Source of the DNA: Nemertoderma westbladi | Lineage: Eukaryota > Animalia > Xenacoelomorpha | Direction: 5' to 3' | NCBI GenBank assembly: GCA_032718475.1 | Contig: JAUCBJ010002469.1 | Location: 1-46,889 of the forward strand | Length of the DNA: 46,889 nucleotides | Shown here: one piece after another, positions 1 to 11,683 of the stretch | How the letters are laid out: every line of letters begins with the position of its first letter | Numbering within the stretch: the first letter of the stretch is position 1 | Position numbers and translations under genes: made by a program | The notes under the pieces: generated by a model | What the model saw: the letters and a program-made list of their open reading frames with translations, nothing else | Told to the model about the DNA's origin: nothing | Databases searched by the model: none

Positions 1-445
1 AGACTTGCTGAGAACTTTCAAAGTTAAGTGTCAAAATTTTGGTCTTTCTAGAGTTAATAAAAAGACCAACACTAGAAGCAGCATGTTCTAATGAGCTAAG
101 GAGCCGTTGGGTTCCCTCTAGTGATTCTGAGAGTACTCCTAAGTCATCAGCAAAGTCTAGATCAGTTAGGTACTTGGCAGGATTTCCTCGACTTCTGGAG
201 CCAGTAGGTGGAGTTATCATCACCCCATCATCATTATGATGATCTAAGGACATGCGTAGATCATAGTCAACCACAATTATGAACAAGAATGGTGCAAGTG
301 TGTCTCCCTGGAGGACGCCCCATAACACTTCAAATGGTTCTGTGTCACCGTCAACAGTAGACACAAATGTTGTCAAACCATCGTATACTGATCTGATTGC
401 TGCAATAATTTCATCAGGAATCCCATATAATGAAAGTACGCATGT
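1..445 (-). pseudogene. Non-LTR (RTE-like LINE) reverse transcriptase fragment, cut by the window start
   Basis: Manual minus-strand translation gives YGIPDEIIAAIRSVY...GVLQGDTLAPFLFIIVVD...DLDFADDLGVLSES...GLFINSRKTK, which are LINE RT motifs (QG..LAP.LF, FADD, GL.IN..KTK). Confidence 0.85.
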
Positions 446-619
446 GATGGGATTAGTCCTACAATTGCGCCAATAAAAGATAAGTTATTTTCGGTAAAAT
501 AAACGTATCATTCGAGGTAAAGACCCCTAGATCCCTTCCTATAATAAATGTATAATAACAAACACCTCGAAAAATACAGCTTGCCAACACATAGTTACTA
601 TCTATAATGAAAGTATCAG

Positions 620-1195
620 TTTGAGAGCCAGCAAAGCCAGGACAAGCAAGCGAATCAACTATGACTGGGAGAAACTCAGAACTGACAATACAGTAAAGGA
701 TGCATACACAGTAGAACTTCAAAACCGCTTTGAAGTACTTCAGCAATGGATGAAGACCAGTCTACTGATTCAATATACCAGAACATAATAAAAGCACACA
801 AGGAATCAGCCAAGAGGCATATCCCCCAGAAACCTAAACGAAAACAGTATGTGCCATGGCGAGGTTAATTATAAGAGAGAAGATCTTAAGATAGCCTACA
901 ATGTTTAAACCGAACAACCAACAACCGAAAACATTAAGAAGGTTGAGAAAGCTAAGGATGATCTTAAATTCGTCTACAACATCAGCCAGGAAAAGTACAT
1001 ACAGGATAAAATTGAAGCAATTACAACTGGTCACATACAACAACAATCAAGACTTACCTGGCAAAAAGTAAATGAGGTATCTGGTCGGAAAAGTTGTTCT
1101 AAGGGGCGCCTCAAAGCTGATAGTCCTGAAGAACGTGTTTGGAAAAGAAAAGATCACTTCAGTAACTTGCTTGGGCAGCCACCAAACATACATCG
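620..1195 (+). pseudogene. Frameshifted LINE ORF2 fragment (endonuclease-to-RT linker, RTE-like)
   Basis: Translates with frameshifts to YDWEKL...YTVELQNRFEVL...IPQKPKRKQYVPW...WQKVNEVSGRK...DHFSNLLG, typical of the RTE ORF2 linker. Confidence 0.65.
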
Positions 1196-2051
1196 AATGG
1201 CGTAGGATTAGGCCTACTCTTACTCTTAGCAATGGCCGTAATTGTAAATTGTTCGATAGAAATTTCCTAAGCTAAACCAGTCTATAAATCTCACAAAAAA
1301 TGTTTCATAAACACATCCGCTAGGTAGTGTTTCTATTATTCACTCTATGACAATTTTCGTGTTATGGGGCTATTTTTCGAAATAAAACAAGAGATTTAAG
1401 TAATAATATGTTAAACAACCATAGGTCTAATTGATGTTTCCCTAGAAATAATATGGGGGCCTATTCTAGAATTATTGTTATTCTAGTAAGCTTATTTTGA
1501 TTTAAATGCTTCTGCTCTGTAGTAAGTTGTACATTACAGCAGCTACCGGTATACCGGTTGTAAAAAAGTATTGAACGTAAGTTTAATAATTATTACAAGA
1601 AATTTCTTAAACGAACGGATGAAGTGGTAGGCATTCACCAGCGGTAACAGTATATTATATGTAGTTTTATAGTAGCATTATAGTAGCATTATAGTATTAT
1701 AAAAAATAATGTAGACAACATGCGTTTGTATCCAACTACAGTACCTTATACAGTGAACTTTCGGGGTATTTTTGTCTTTTCTCTTTTGTTTTCTTTGCTT
1801 TTCTGTTTCTTGTTTTTTCGTAATTATTTGTAAAAATTCTCCAACCACCCATCACATTAAACAATATGTAGATAGTGTATTCTACCTAGCCATGTGCTTC
1901 AAGTAGACATCTTATAATCCTATGTAACCTACCAGATCCAATTATACCATTCAGTATGTAGACACATGACCGTTCCTGGGATTTGCCTATCAGATTTTCC
2001 AAATTCAACCTTATATTTGTACTTTAGATTCACAGCTTTAGATTTAGATTT

Positions 2052-2299
2052 AGGTTCCACCTTGGTGTAGTGGTTGCATTGAATTAACATCTCCCGTAGG
2101 TCGTGGGTTCGATCCTCACATAGGCCAGGGCAGTTTTCGCTTCGGCATGAATGCTAGGGACCAGCTAGGGCTCATCTATGCCTTGCATCCTTAAGTTTCC
2201 TCTGGGGAGTAAAGTTTGGGGGGACCGCACTGGAAATAAGTCTTAAGACTTTGTGCGTAATCCCTGGTCTATCGGCCGAAGAAAATTTACTTTACTTTA
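2052..2299 (+). mobile_element. tRNA-derived SINE
   Basis: Pol III A box TGGTGTAGTGG (~2063), B box GGTTCGATCC (~2106), a non-tRNA body, a 3' stem-loop (GGGACCGCAC...AAGTC TTAA GACTT...GTGCG...TCCC) and a (TTTAC)n tail. Confidence 0.75.
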
Positions 2300-2361
2300 A
2301 TTTTTAGCTTATAACTAAATCTGTGTAATTTCCCTATCAACTTTACCTTAACATTATACAT

Positions 2362-2594
2362 ACAATATTGCAATGTTCAAGAGTTAATATACGGAAATAA
2401 TAACCTGAAGCGAATAAAACTGAATAATCACTGATGCCGTTCCAGAAGCAAATTAACCTGTATAATTACCGAGGCCGCAGGCCAAGGTTATATTAGGTTA
2501 ATTTGCTGAAGGATAAGGCAGAAGTGATTATTACAGTTTTATTCGCTGAAGGTTTTTATTTCCGTATATTAACTTTACAACATTGCAATATTGT
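2362..2594 (+). mobile_element. ~230-bp imperfect palindrome; non-autonomous element, possibly Crypton-like
   Basis: Arms pair from ACAATATTGCAATGTT/AACATTGCAATATTGT inward to the centre CCGAGGCC-GCA-GGCCAAGG. The palindrome is directly visible; the family assignment is inference. Confidence 0.6.
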
Positions 2595-3175
2595 GTTTAT
2601 TGTTAATTAGAGCATATTGAATAAACAACATGGCAGCATACTTTGTATTTTTAAGGATCGTGTTCTAATCTTTGTTATTAAATGATCGTTAAATGAGTAC
2701 CGGCACCAGTTATATCTTTGCCTGTAAGGAGTATAGTTCTGTGGGGTCTATACTGGAAATGAGTCGTAAGGACGACCGAATCTGTGCAACTACTGTAGAT
2801 TTTTTTCATTATATATTTAATACATTGTTGCAGAAATCACGTTATTTTATTTTCTTCAATACTAGGCTCTTTTCACTGATAAATTAATAAAGATAAGCCA
2901 AATTTACTATGTATATTTATAATAATAATACGAATTATGTTGTTATTTTTAAATACACTAGCTACTGTACCATTTTTATGAATACACTAACTACCATTGA
3001 AAACACTAGCTACTATAAATTGGTATAATACAACAATTATAGAACATTTTTTTAAAATTATACGATTATACTTTTAGCTAGTTTCCGTAGCAATATGCTA
3101 AAATTAACAATAAACATATATACAAGTTAAAATTTTCTGGGATTCACCTATCACGTATTCCCCATTAGAACTTAT

Positions 3176-3570
3176 CAGAGGCGTAGCGAGCCCTTCTGGC
3201 ACCCAGGGGAATGAAGCTGTGATTGCCCCCCCCCCCCCCCCCCCCCGATTCAATAATTTTAACTATGCTTTTAACTATATTTTCTTAAATATTACCTAAC
3301 AGTATATATAATATAGTGCACTTGTAATGTATTGACTAGCGAGTGAAGCGAGCAGATACAATTTTTCCACATTTTTGCATTTTCGCTTATATACTGTAGG
3401 TCCTGTATGTACTGTATTGAGTACATACATATCACACTCCCTGACTTTTCACTGATTTGTCCTACTTTTTACAATAAATCTCTGACAATTCTAGGACATT
3501 TTAGCGCCCCTGGATGAGTGCGCCCGGGGGAACGTTCCCCCTCTACCCCCCCCCCATCGCAACGCCTCTG
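3176..3570. mobile_element. hAT-like MITE
   Basis: TIRs CAGAGGCGTAGCGA / TCGCAACGCCTCTG. Flanking 8-mers GAACTTAT / AAACGTAT match 6/8, consistent with a decayed 8-bp TSD. Confidence 0.7.
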
Positions 3571-4108
3571 AAACGTATAATTATACTGTATAGACCCCCA
3601 CCTTTTACTGTTAATTGCTAGTACATAGTCTGATGCAGAGCGGTAGGTCGAAAACGTTTAAGCCTACTATTGTAACTTTAGCTGTAACTTAATATAATAC
3701 TGTACAACCTGCTAAAGACCCCAAACATTTTATACATATATTTTCTATCATCCATTCAAGAAATTTCTTGATAGTCATCTACAATAACAGTAGCCTACAT
3801 AATATCCAGCTGGATAGAATTAGAATATACAGTAGCATCTATAGTAACCTATTGAAGCAGTGATCAGAATTCAAGGATCTTTTCTGATAGCCTATTTACC
3901 GACCTACCAGAATGAATGTTAAAGTTGCTTTTATCGTTTATCTGTTAATGGATCTTCTGATATGTAAGTTTTCATTATAAGACTATAAAACATCAATACG
4001 ACTAGCTGTCTGGCAAGCAAATTTGGAACTCCGGTACATGTACTGTATGACGGATAAACGCATAAATATAGGCCACGGTACTAGTGTAGTATGCGAGCAT
4101 TCACTCCG

Positions 4109-4686
4109 TGTTAGCGTATTCAATTCCGCTAACCAGGCTCACACAAAGTTGGTTTTAAGCAAAATTGGGAGCACGAGGTTGATTACCACTCAACCTCGTT
4201 TCACCCCAATAAGCGGGGACAACAGGCCCCAAGGGAACACACACAGCGGGGTTCAGAGGTTACACCTCCGGGAGGGAGAGAGAGACAGCAGCGGGGGGGA
4301 AGCTCCCAGGGAGATGGGAGGGTGAGAAGTGAGTTATTAGCCAACGGGGAGAAGGCATCCGCTGAGTAATGTAACACGGGCAACCAGTGCAAAATATTAC
4401 CGTTCTTGTGCCAATTTCATTCACTTAGTCAGTCAGTTTTATTTAGGGTAGAACGTGAACTCTTATTACCGTTTACTGCAGTCATCCATAATTCAGCTTT
4501 ACCGGTACAATTATATTCTACAATCGTGCTTACACTTCACTTGTTAATTCTACATTTTATATATATCATCTTACAACAAAGTCGGAATAACTCTCAACAA
4601 TCTAGAACTCTTTTCATACACATACGGCGGGGAACGCATAAGTCAGATAACTGGATAAACCGGGATCCTCGGTGGATCCCGTCACA
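4109..4686 (+). repeat. 5' LTR of copy A
   Basis: Runs TGTTAGCGTATTCAATTCC...GGATCCCGTCACA and is a near-identical direct repeat of 16124-16703 (roughly 95% by eye). Confidence 0.95.
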
Positions 4687-4739
4687 GTAATAAGATCCGA
4701 TTGTTGCCTGCTAGAAACTGACAAGTCAGCCAGACAAAG

Positions 4740-7700
4740 ATGAGTGAAAGAGAAACGACACCGCTGCGGACCCTGGACGATGATAAAGACCTAACAATCC
4801 GCGAGGCCGCAACGCGACGGTACCGACCCACGACGCCGGGTTCATCGGCCACAGGTGATCCGGCAATCCAGGAGGAGGGGGGCCGTCTACATCGAGAGGA
4901 TGAGTCGAGAGGAGGGAGAGACGAGTCGGGAGAGGAGAGAGACAAGTCGACACACAGCGGCGGTTGACATGCTGATGTCGCCGGCCAGCCACATGCCGAG
5001 GGCGACAGACGGCCCACCAGAACGGCGACAGTGGGGCCGCTGGTACGACGCCGGACCCGGAGGGATAAAGGAGATGTCGGCGACAAGGAAGTCGGGGTCA
5101 GCGACCGGCTCCGACGAGCCTATGCCGCAACCCGGAAGCAGCTGAGAGAGGCTAAAGGAGGGGCGAAGATAGACGAGGTGAAGTTAAAGAAGCGGCTAGG
5201 TGAGTCAAACAGACATTTTGATTACCTAATGCGTTTTGGGCAGGGAGAACTAGCCGATGAGAGAGCAAGAGGGGTTGCCAGCGAACTGTTCGAACTATGG
5301 GAATGTAGGGGTATGGAACCTAGCGTAGTGTACGTAGGGCCATACTTAGTCGATGCCCGGGGAGTAAAATTAGTGGGTTGGAGGAGACCACAGGAGAGCG
5401 AATCCGAGGTTAACCCCGAGGATTCGGTCTCATCGGTCGGAGAAAATTCCGGGAGGCGGGGGAAAGTTAGTAGGACGGGAAGGCGACGGGAGTCCGTCTC
5501 GACCGATAAGTCTGCTACATCCTCCGCGAAAGAAAGATGGGTGATCTGGCAGCACTAGACCAGAGAGAATTAGAGAGACAGGTAGAGGAAGGGAGTGCAT
5601 TATTAGAGAAGGAGAAAGAACTGGTTAGAGTGAACAGAGAGAGGGCCGAGAAGGTCGCTAGAAGCTTTAAGGAGTGCGAGGAAATAGGGAGGATAGAAAG
5701 GAAGGAGAAAAGAAGAGCGCGAGGCGAGAGAGCAGAATAGACGTGATGAGCGTGAGGCGAGAGACCAGAGCGAGTGAAAAGAGCGCAAGGCAAGAGAGCA
5801 GAATAGACGTGAGGAGCGTGAGGCGAGAGAGCAGAACGAGCAAAAAGAGCGCGAGGTGAGACGATTGGAGAGAGTTGCAAGAGAGGCTGAATTAGCCGAC
5901 CAGAGTGCGCTGGAGGATCTGGAAAGAGAGGCAACGGGGAAGCATGTGCGGGATGATCTGCATGCCCGCCTAAGGGGGCTTATTCATTATCAAGCCAAAC
6001 AGAAGCGCAGACTGGAACTAGCGCAGATAGGATTGTCAGAGAGCGAGACTGGCTCGAGTATTTACAAGGAGCCAAGGGCTGTGGAAACGTTTATTAATAC
6101 CCAACTTACAGGGACCGCACGACAGACCCAAGACTGGTGTGACCGTACGGGCGAGGGGGGGGGGGGTAATAATAATACAGTAGATAACGTTAATATTAAT
6201 AGTACCGTATTGGATAATTCTAACCAAACTTTCATTGCAGGAAATATTTTACCTAGTAGTAGTAATTTAAATTTAAATACAAATAGTCCTAATAATCTAA
6301 ACACTACAATAAATAATCTACCTAAATACCTAAGTACCTAAATAATCCGAATAGTCCTAATTCAAATAATCTAAATCTGAATTTACAAAATAATTCAAAT
6401 AATCTGAATTTACAAAATAATTCAAATAATATAAATTTACAAAATAATTCAAATAATATAAATTTACAAAATAATTCAAATAATATAATTACGCAAAATA
6501 ATTCAAATAATCTTACTTTGAACAAACAAAATAATTCCGTTTCTAATTTAGGCGTGCAAAATAATTTTATTGATTTGGAGGATTTAATTGATTTAACAGG
6601 TGATACTAGTAATGGTGCTATTAATATAAACGTGGCGGGCGCAGACGGCCCAACAAACGAGGGCCTGGTAGGCCACGCAGTTAATAGGCAGGGAGTGGCG
6701 GGGTTGAGTCAACCCGATGAGGGCCTGGTAGGCCACGTAGTTAGTAGGCAGGAAGTAGAGGGCCTGGTAGGCCACACAATAGCTGAGAGAGAGGCGGGGG
6801 TGAATAGACCCAGCCACAGTAGGGTTAATGTGTCGACTGGAGAGGGGTGTGGAGGTGAAGTGAGAGATAGTGAAGTAATAGGTGGCGAGGGGGGGCTACA
6901 GGAGCCCCACAACGAGAGATTAGTGGCAAGCGAGGGGGGGGGGGCAAGGAGTGTCCCACAAGCGTCGGCGGATAATGCGTGGGGCAAATTAGGTGAACTG
7001 CAGCACCCGGCAATGGAGAATAGCAGGGAGATTACGAGTATCCCCAGCGGCGTGCGATTGAGCAGAGAGAAGCAGGTTGACGTCGTGAGAGGGCGAGCGA
7101 CGAGACGTCGAGCCCAATCAGAAGAGGGAAGAAGAACAGTGGAGTTTAACCATGAGGTCGACGAGAGATCTCACAACCGGGGATACTGCACTACAGAGAG
7201 AAGAAAGGAAGAGAGTAGAAGAAGTGTTGCCGCGAACGACAGAAGAGCGAGGATGACTGGCGAGCCGTTGGTAGTAGAGGTGGAGACGGAGAGTCAGTGG
7301 GGTCGAACTTCGGGAGATTGCCATCGTCCCGGAGAAATGCGACCTGACAAGGCGTATTACACGCAGAGAGAGGGGTACAGGATGTACCGGCACGAGGACG
7401 AGAGCAGTAGAGGGGGTCGAAGAGAAACTTCGGGATATACCTACTGATCGAGAATACGGTAGCCGCGGGGAGGATTATTCGAGAAGGATAAACTTTGATC
7501 CCGAGCAATACATACAGACTGCAGGACATACTGTAGGCCTTACTGCACATACCATAGGCCATGCTGGGAGAAATAATGTAGGCGAACGACGGGATTAAAC
7601 CCGAAAGTCGCGGAGTATATACCGGCCTTTAGGCCGGAAGTAGATAGGCCTATACTGGTACCAGCACAGCAGTATGACTACAGCATGCAAGGACATAACA

Positions 7701-10700
7701 TATACACAGGCAGGGGAGGGGAGAATTATTGCGAATAGGTGTATGGGCCCCAATATATTAACATCAACCCCAGTACCAAACATACTGGTAGGGGGGGGGG
7801 GGGGGGGGGGGGGGGCAGGGTGACATTCCCCCATCACAATATTAACAATATACCCCAATAGGAGTAAGAACATCAAACCCCTTGGACGAGAATAGATCGT
7901 GCGACACAGAAATATGGAGGGGGCCACTACCCCCAATGATATATCCAAGTCAGAGGAAAGCGGCAGACAGGACGAACAGACCGAACCCAATGGGAGAACC
8001 TATACAGCACCCATCAAACCCATTGGAAGCGCAAGCAATGGGGATGGCCACGTTAATCGATGCATTAAAGACCAGGATCGAGTTACCACCCGTGGAACCA
8101 TTCAAATTCGATGGAAGTAGGCCGGAAGAATACCTACAGTTTCGGAGTATGTATAGTAATGAAATATTAACAATAAATTTGACGCAGGCAGAGTGCCTAA
8201 AGTATCTACAAGTGTATACAGGAGGCCCAGCATACAACATCGTGAGGCAATACAGGGCATCGAGGGTGGCTTCACGACGGCATGGCGGGCGTTAGACAGG
8301 GAATACGGGCACCCGGCCAAGATCATCCGTCAATCCCTTAGAGGCATAACATTGGGTGGCCTACACGATAACCCCGTTAGCATAAAGACATTCGCTAACA
8401 AAGTCGAGAAGGCGTTAATCGTGCTAAAGACGCTGGACGCGCCATACAAACTCAACGCGTCTAACAACATCACTATGATAGTGCAGGCACTACCGATTTG
8501 GCTGTGCAATAAGTGGAGAAAAATCGCTTTCACCACTCGAGATAGGAAGGGTATGGAACCGGGTTTAGAAGAAATGTCGAGCTTCTTAAACTATGAAGCT
8601 GAACTTATAACGGACCCAGTCTATAGCGAGGATAGCCTGGGAAAGGGTTCAAAGACCAATTACCACAGGCCAAAACCAGAGCACAACGCGTCGAACGCAT
8701 TGCCAAAGCTCAGACTATCATTGCCGTATGCAGCAATGGAGGGGACTACCAGTCCACAAGTAGCCGGGGGTAAGACCACATCATGGAGTGGACAGGGGAA
8801 AAATAACAACACAAATAAACATAACCCCAACACGCCCAGTAGGCCAAACCCAAACGATAAGAATAGTAGGGACTTTGGTACAAATACGAGTGCGATATGC
8901 AACGCACTTTATAAGGATGGCTACAACCCAAAGAGCAAATGCAAACTACATACAAATGCACTTCATCAGACCATGAACTGCAGGTACTGGCAAGCGCTAC
9001 CCAGGGAAGATCAGGTAGAATACGCGAGAAGGAATGAAATCTGCTTGCGATATGTGATGAGTGGACATAGAGCCAGCCAATGCAAGGAAACACCAATTAA
9101 GTTCAGTCAAAGTAAAGCTCAGACAATGGCAACAAGCACCATAGTGGCGAGGAAGAGAGGAATGGTACTATTAGGGGTAGTACCAGTAAGGATAATCGGG
9201 GAACGCAATCGATCAGTAACCACACTGATGCTGGTCGATAGTGGTGCAGCCTTCACCTTAGTTGAGGATTGGGTGGCCGAAGAGATAGGATTGAGAACGA
9301 GGCCAAGTAGAATGGCGGTAACAACCATCTCCAGCAAAGATGAGGTTCTGGAGATGAGGACCGGACGGTGCGCGATAGCAGCAATAGCACCGGGATGCAA
9401 CTATGGGGCAACCATCGACCCCATCCAGGTGATAGAGTTGATAAATATCAACGCCAGGCGGCCAACCAACATCAAGGTCGAACAATACAGATTCCTGGAC
9501 AGTATCGATTTCTCAATCCCAGAGGTGGACGTTAGGAAGGTGTCCATCATAGTAGGAATAGATTGCCCAACGGCCCATGAGAGAATGCAAACGGTCTTCG
9601 GCGAAGACAGGCAGTGTGACCCGGTGGCAATATTAACACCATTCGGGTGGACGCTAAGCGGCCCAATCAGGAGTAAGATACCATTTAGGATGTCGGAGAC
9701 ATCAGGATGCATGTTTGCGGGAACTATGCAAGAAATGGGAGATGAGGGAGCAGAGGAGCATCTCAGGAGACTGCTCAGACAGGATTTTGAGGGATTAAAA
9801 GTGACCGGGGTCAGAACCTCGGTAGAAGATAAGCAGGCTTTACAAATTGTAAAGGAATCGATGACATGCGATGAGGGGCGGTATACCACAGGAGTGGTAT
9901 GGAAGCTACCGAAGCTAACGTTACCCGCCAATAAAGGGATGGTACTCACGAGGCTTTGTAAGTTGAAGCAGACGCTAAAACGGAGCCCCGAGAAGAATGA
10001 GTACATTCACAAGACAATCAGAAAGTATGTCAAGAAAGGATGGGCTGTGGAGTTACCGGTCAACAAACCAAACACGGACAGGACCTATTACATGCCACTC
10101 CACGTGGCTCTAGACCTGAAGAAAGGTAAACTGCGGATGGTAGTTGACGCATCGGCCAAGACCAACGGCAAATGCCTAAACGATTATCTGCTGGAGGGTC
10201 CCAACATCTACAACTCAGGGATCGAGGTCCTACTCAGATTCAGGAATGGTAAACACGCTTTCACCTGCGACATCGAAGGCATGTTCAACCAAGTCCGTGT
10301 AACGGAAGAGGATAGCGACAGTCAGCGCTTCCTATGGTACGATGGCGACAAGGAACCGTCGACCATACCGATGTATAAGATGATAGTACAGATTATGGGA
10401 GCCAAGTCGTCTTCGTTTACAACGACTGTGGCCGTAAGAGACACGGTAGAAGGGAAGGAAGATAAATTCAGCGCCAAAGCTGTCGATATGATTCGACGAA
10501 GTTTCTATGTAGACGACGGGATGGAGTCTGGAAATACGATTAAGGAACTACTGGACACAGGGCGCGAGGTTTGCGACATCCTAAAAGGATCCGGGTTCAA
10601 CCTAACCAAGTTCCAATCCAGCTCGCAAGAGTTCATGAAAGCCATAGAGGACAGGAGGCCAGAGTCGACCATGGATAATCCCACAACAGCCAAGGGACAG

Positions 10701-11683
10701 TACATGGCAAACAAGAGAGTGGAGTCCCAGCAGAAGGCACTAGGGATCGTGTGGAACTGAGAGACAGACAAGTTAAAATACCAGTTGAGTCAGGAGGGCG
10801 CAGGTATCCCCACAAAGAAGGGCTATGTGTCGTATATAGCGAGGATATACGATCCCCTAGGCCTAGCATCCCCATTATTAGTCACGGGGAAACAGATACT
10901 CAAGAGAGTATACAAATTAAAGGACGAATGGGACACAAAGGTCCCGGAAGAGATTAGCAAGCAATGGAGCAAGTGGACAGAGAGTTTAGAGCAGATGGGA
11001 ACATACAGCATGCCACGTGTAGATTTCCCGGATGGGGACATGATGAATCTGGATCTGCACATGTTCTCCGATGCGTCATTAGAAGCATACAGAGCGGCAC
11101 TCTACTTAGTACAACGAGAGGGGGTTCACAAGCCCAGACGCGCATTCAGCAAAGCGAAGTCGACGCCACCAAATTCAGCATCAGTTCCGAAACTCGAGTT
11201 GACAGCTGCGAGATTAGGAGTTAGGGCCACAGCCTACTTAGTGGACGCTATTCCCAACATAGTGGAAACACACTACTGGACGGATTCCATGGTAGTGCTC
11301 AGTTGGCTACATAACGAAAGGACGAGGTACCCTATATTCGTCACAAATAGGGTGGATGAAATAAGGGTGACCACAGAGTTAGAAAGGTGGCACTACTGCC
11401 CACCGGACGAGAACCCAGCGGACTCCATAAGAGAAGCAAGTGGAGGAACACGAATAGGGAGTTAAAAGAGGGTGATCTGGTGATCGTCACGGACGATACC
11501 ATCATCAACAACCAGTGGCGATTAGCGAGAGTTGTGGGCACTTACTCCGATGAGGACGGAAGAGTCCGATCGGTAGAAGTGCGGATAGGTGGCAAAATAG
11601 GAGCGAAAGATAAAAAGACCTACAGAAGGGCTGTAGGCAGGTGCTGCCTACTAGAGGGAGCACCTAAGATGAGTAGCGTTTAG
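4740..11683 (+). pseudogene. BEL/Pao gag-pol of copy A, broken by stops and frameshifts; integrase core absent
   Basis: Gag FKFDGSRPEEYLQF...YTGGPA; degenerate knuckles CKLH..H....C and CLRY...GHRASQC; protease LVDSGAAFTLV; RT KLRMVVDASAK, DIEGMFNQV, QRFLW, FYVDD; RNase H HMFSDAS, PKLEL, WTDS, NPAD; C-terminal RSKW...LKEGDLVIV...WRLARV...DGRVRSV. The longest open piece is 8193-10760. Confidence 0.93.
6345..6515 (+). repeat. 27-bp coding tandem repeat (NNSNN[L/I]NLQ) in the Asn-rich Gag segment
   Basis: About five AATAATTCAAATAAT(C/A)T(G/A)AATTTACAA units. The homologous Asn-rich block in copy C is at ~35615-35890. Confidence 0.8.

Noticed and set aside
2052-2130. Functional tRNA gene
   Set aside because: A and B boxes are present, but there is no complete cloverleaf and the sequence continues into a SINE-like body and tail.
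8193-8295. Programmed gag/pol frameshift in copy A
   Set aside because: Copy C reads through in one frame (CAGTATCAGGGC versus CAATACAGGGC), so this is a one-base deletion in A.
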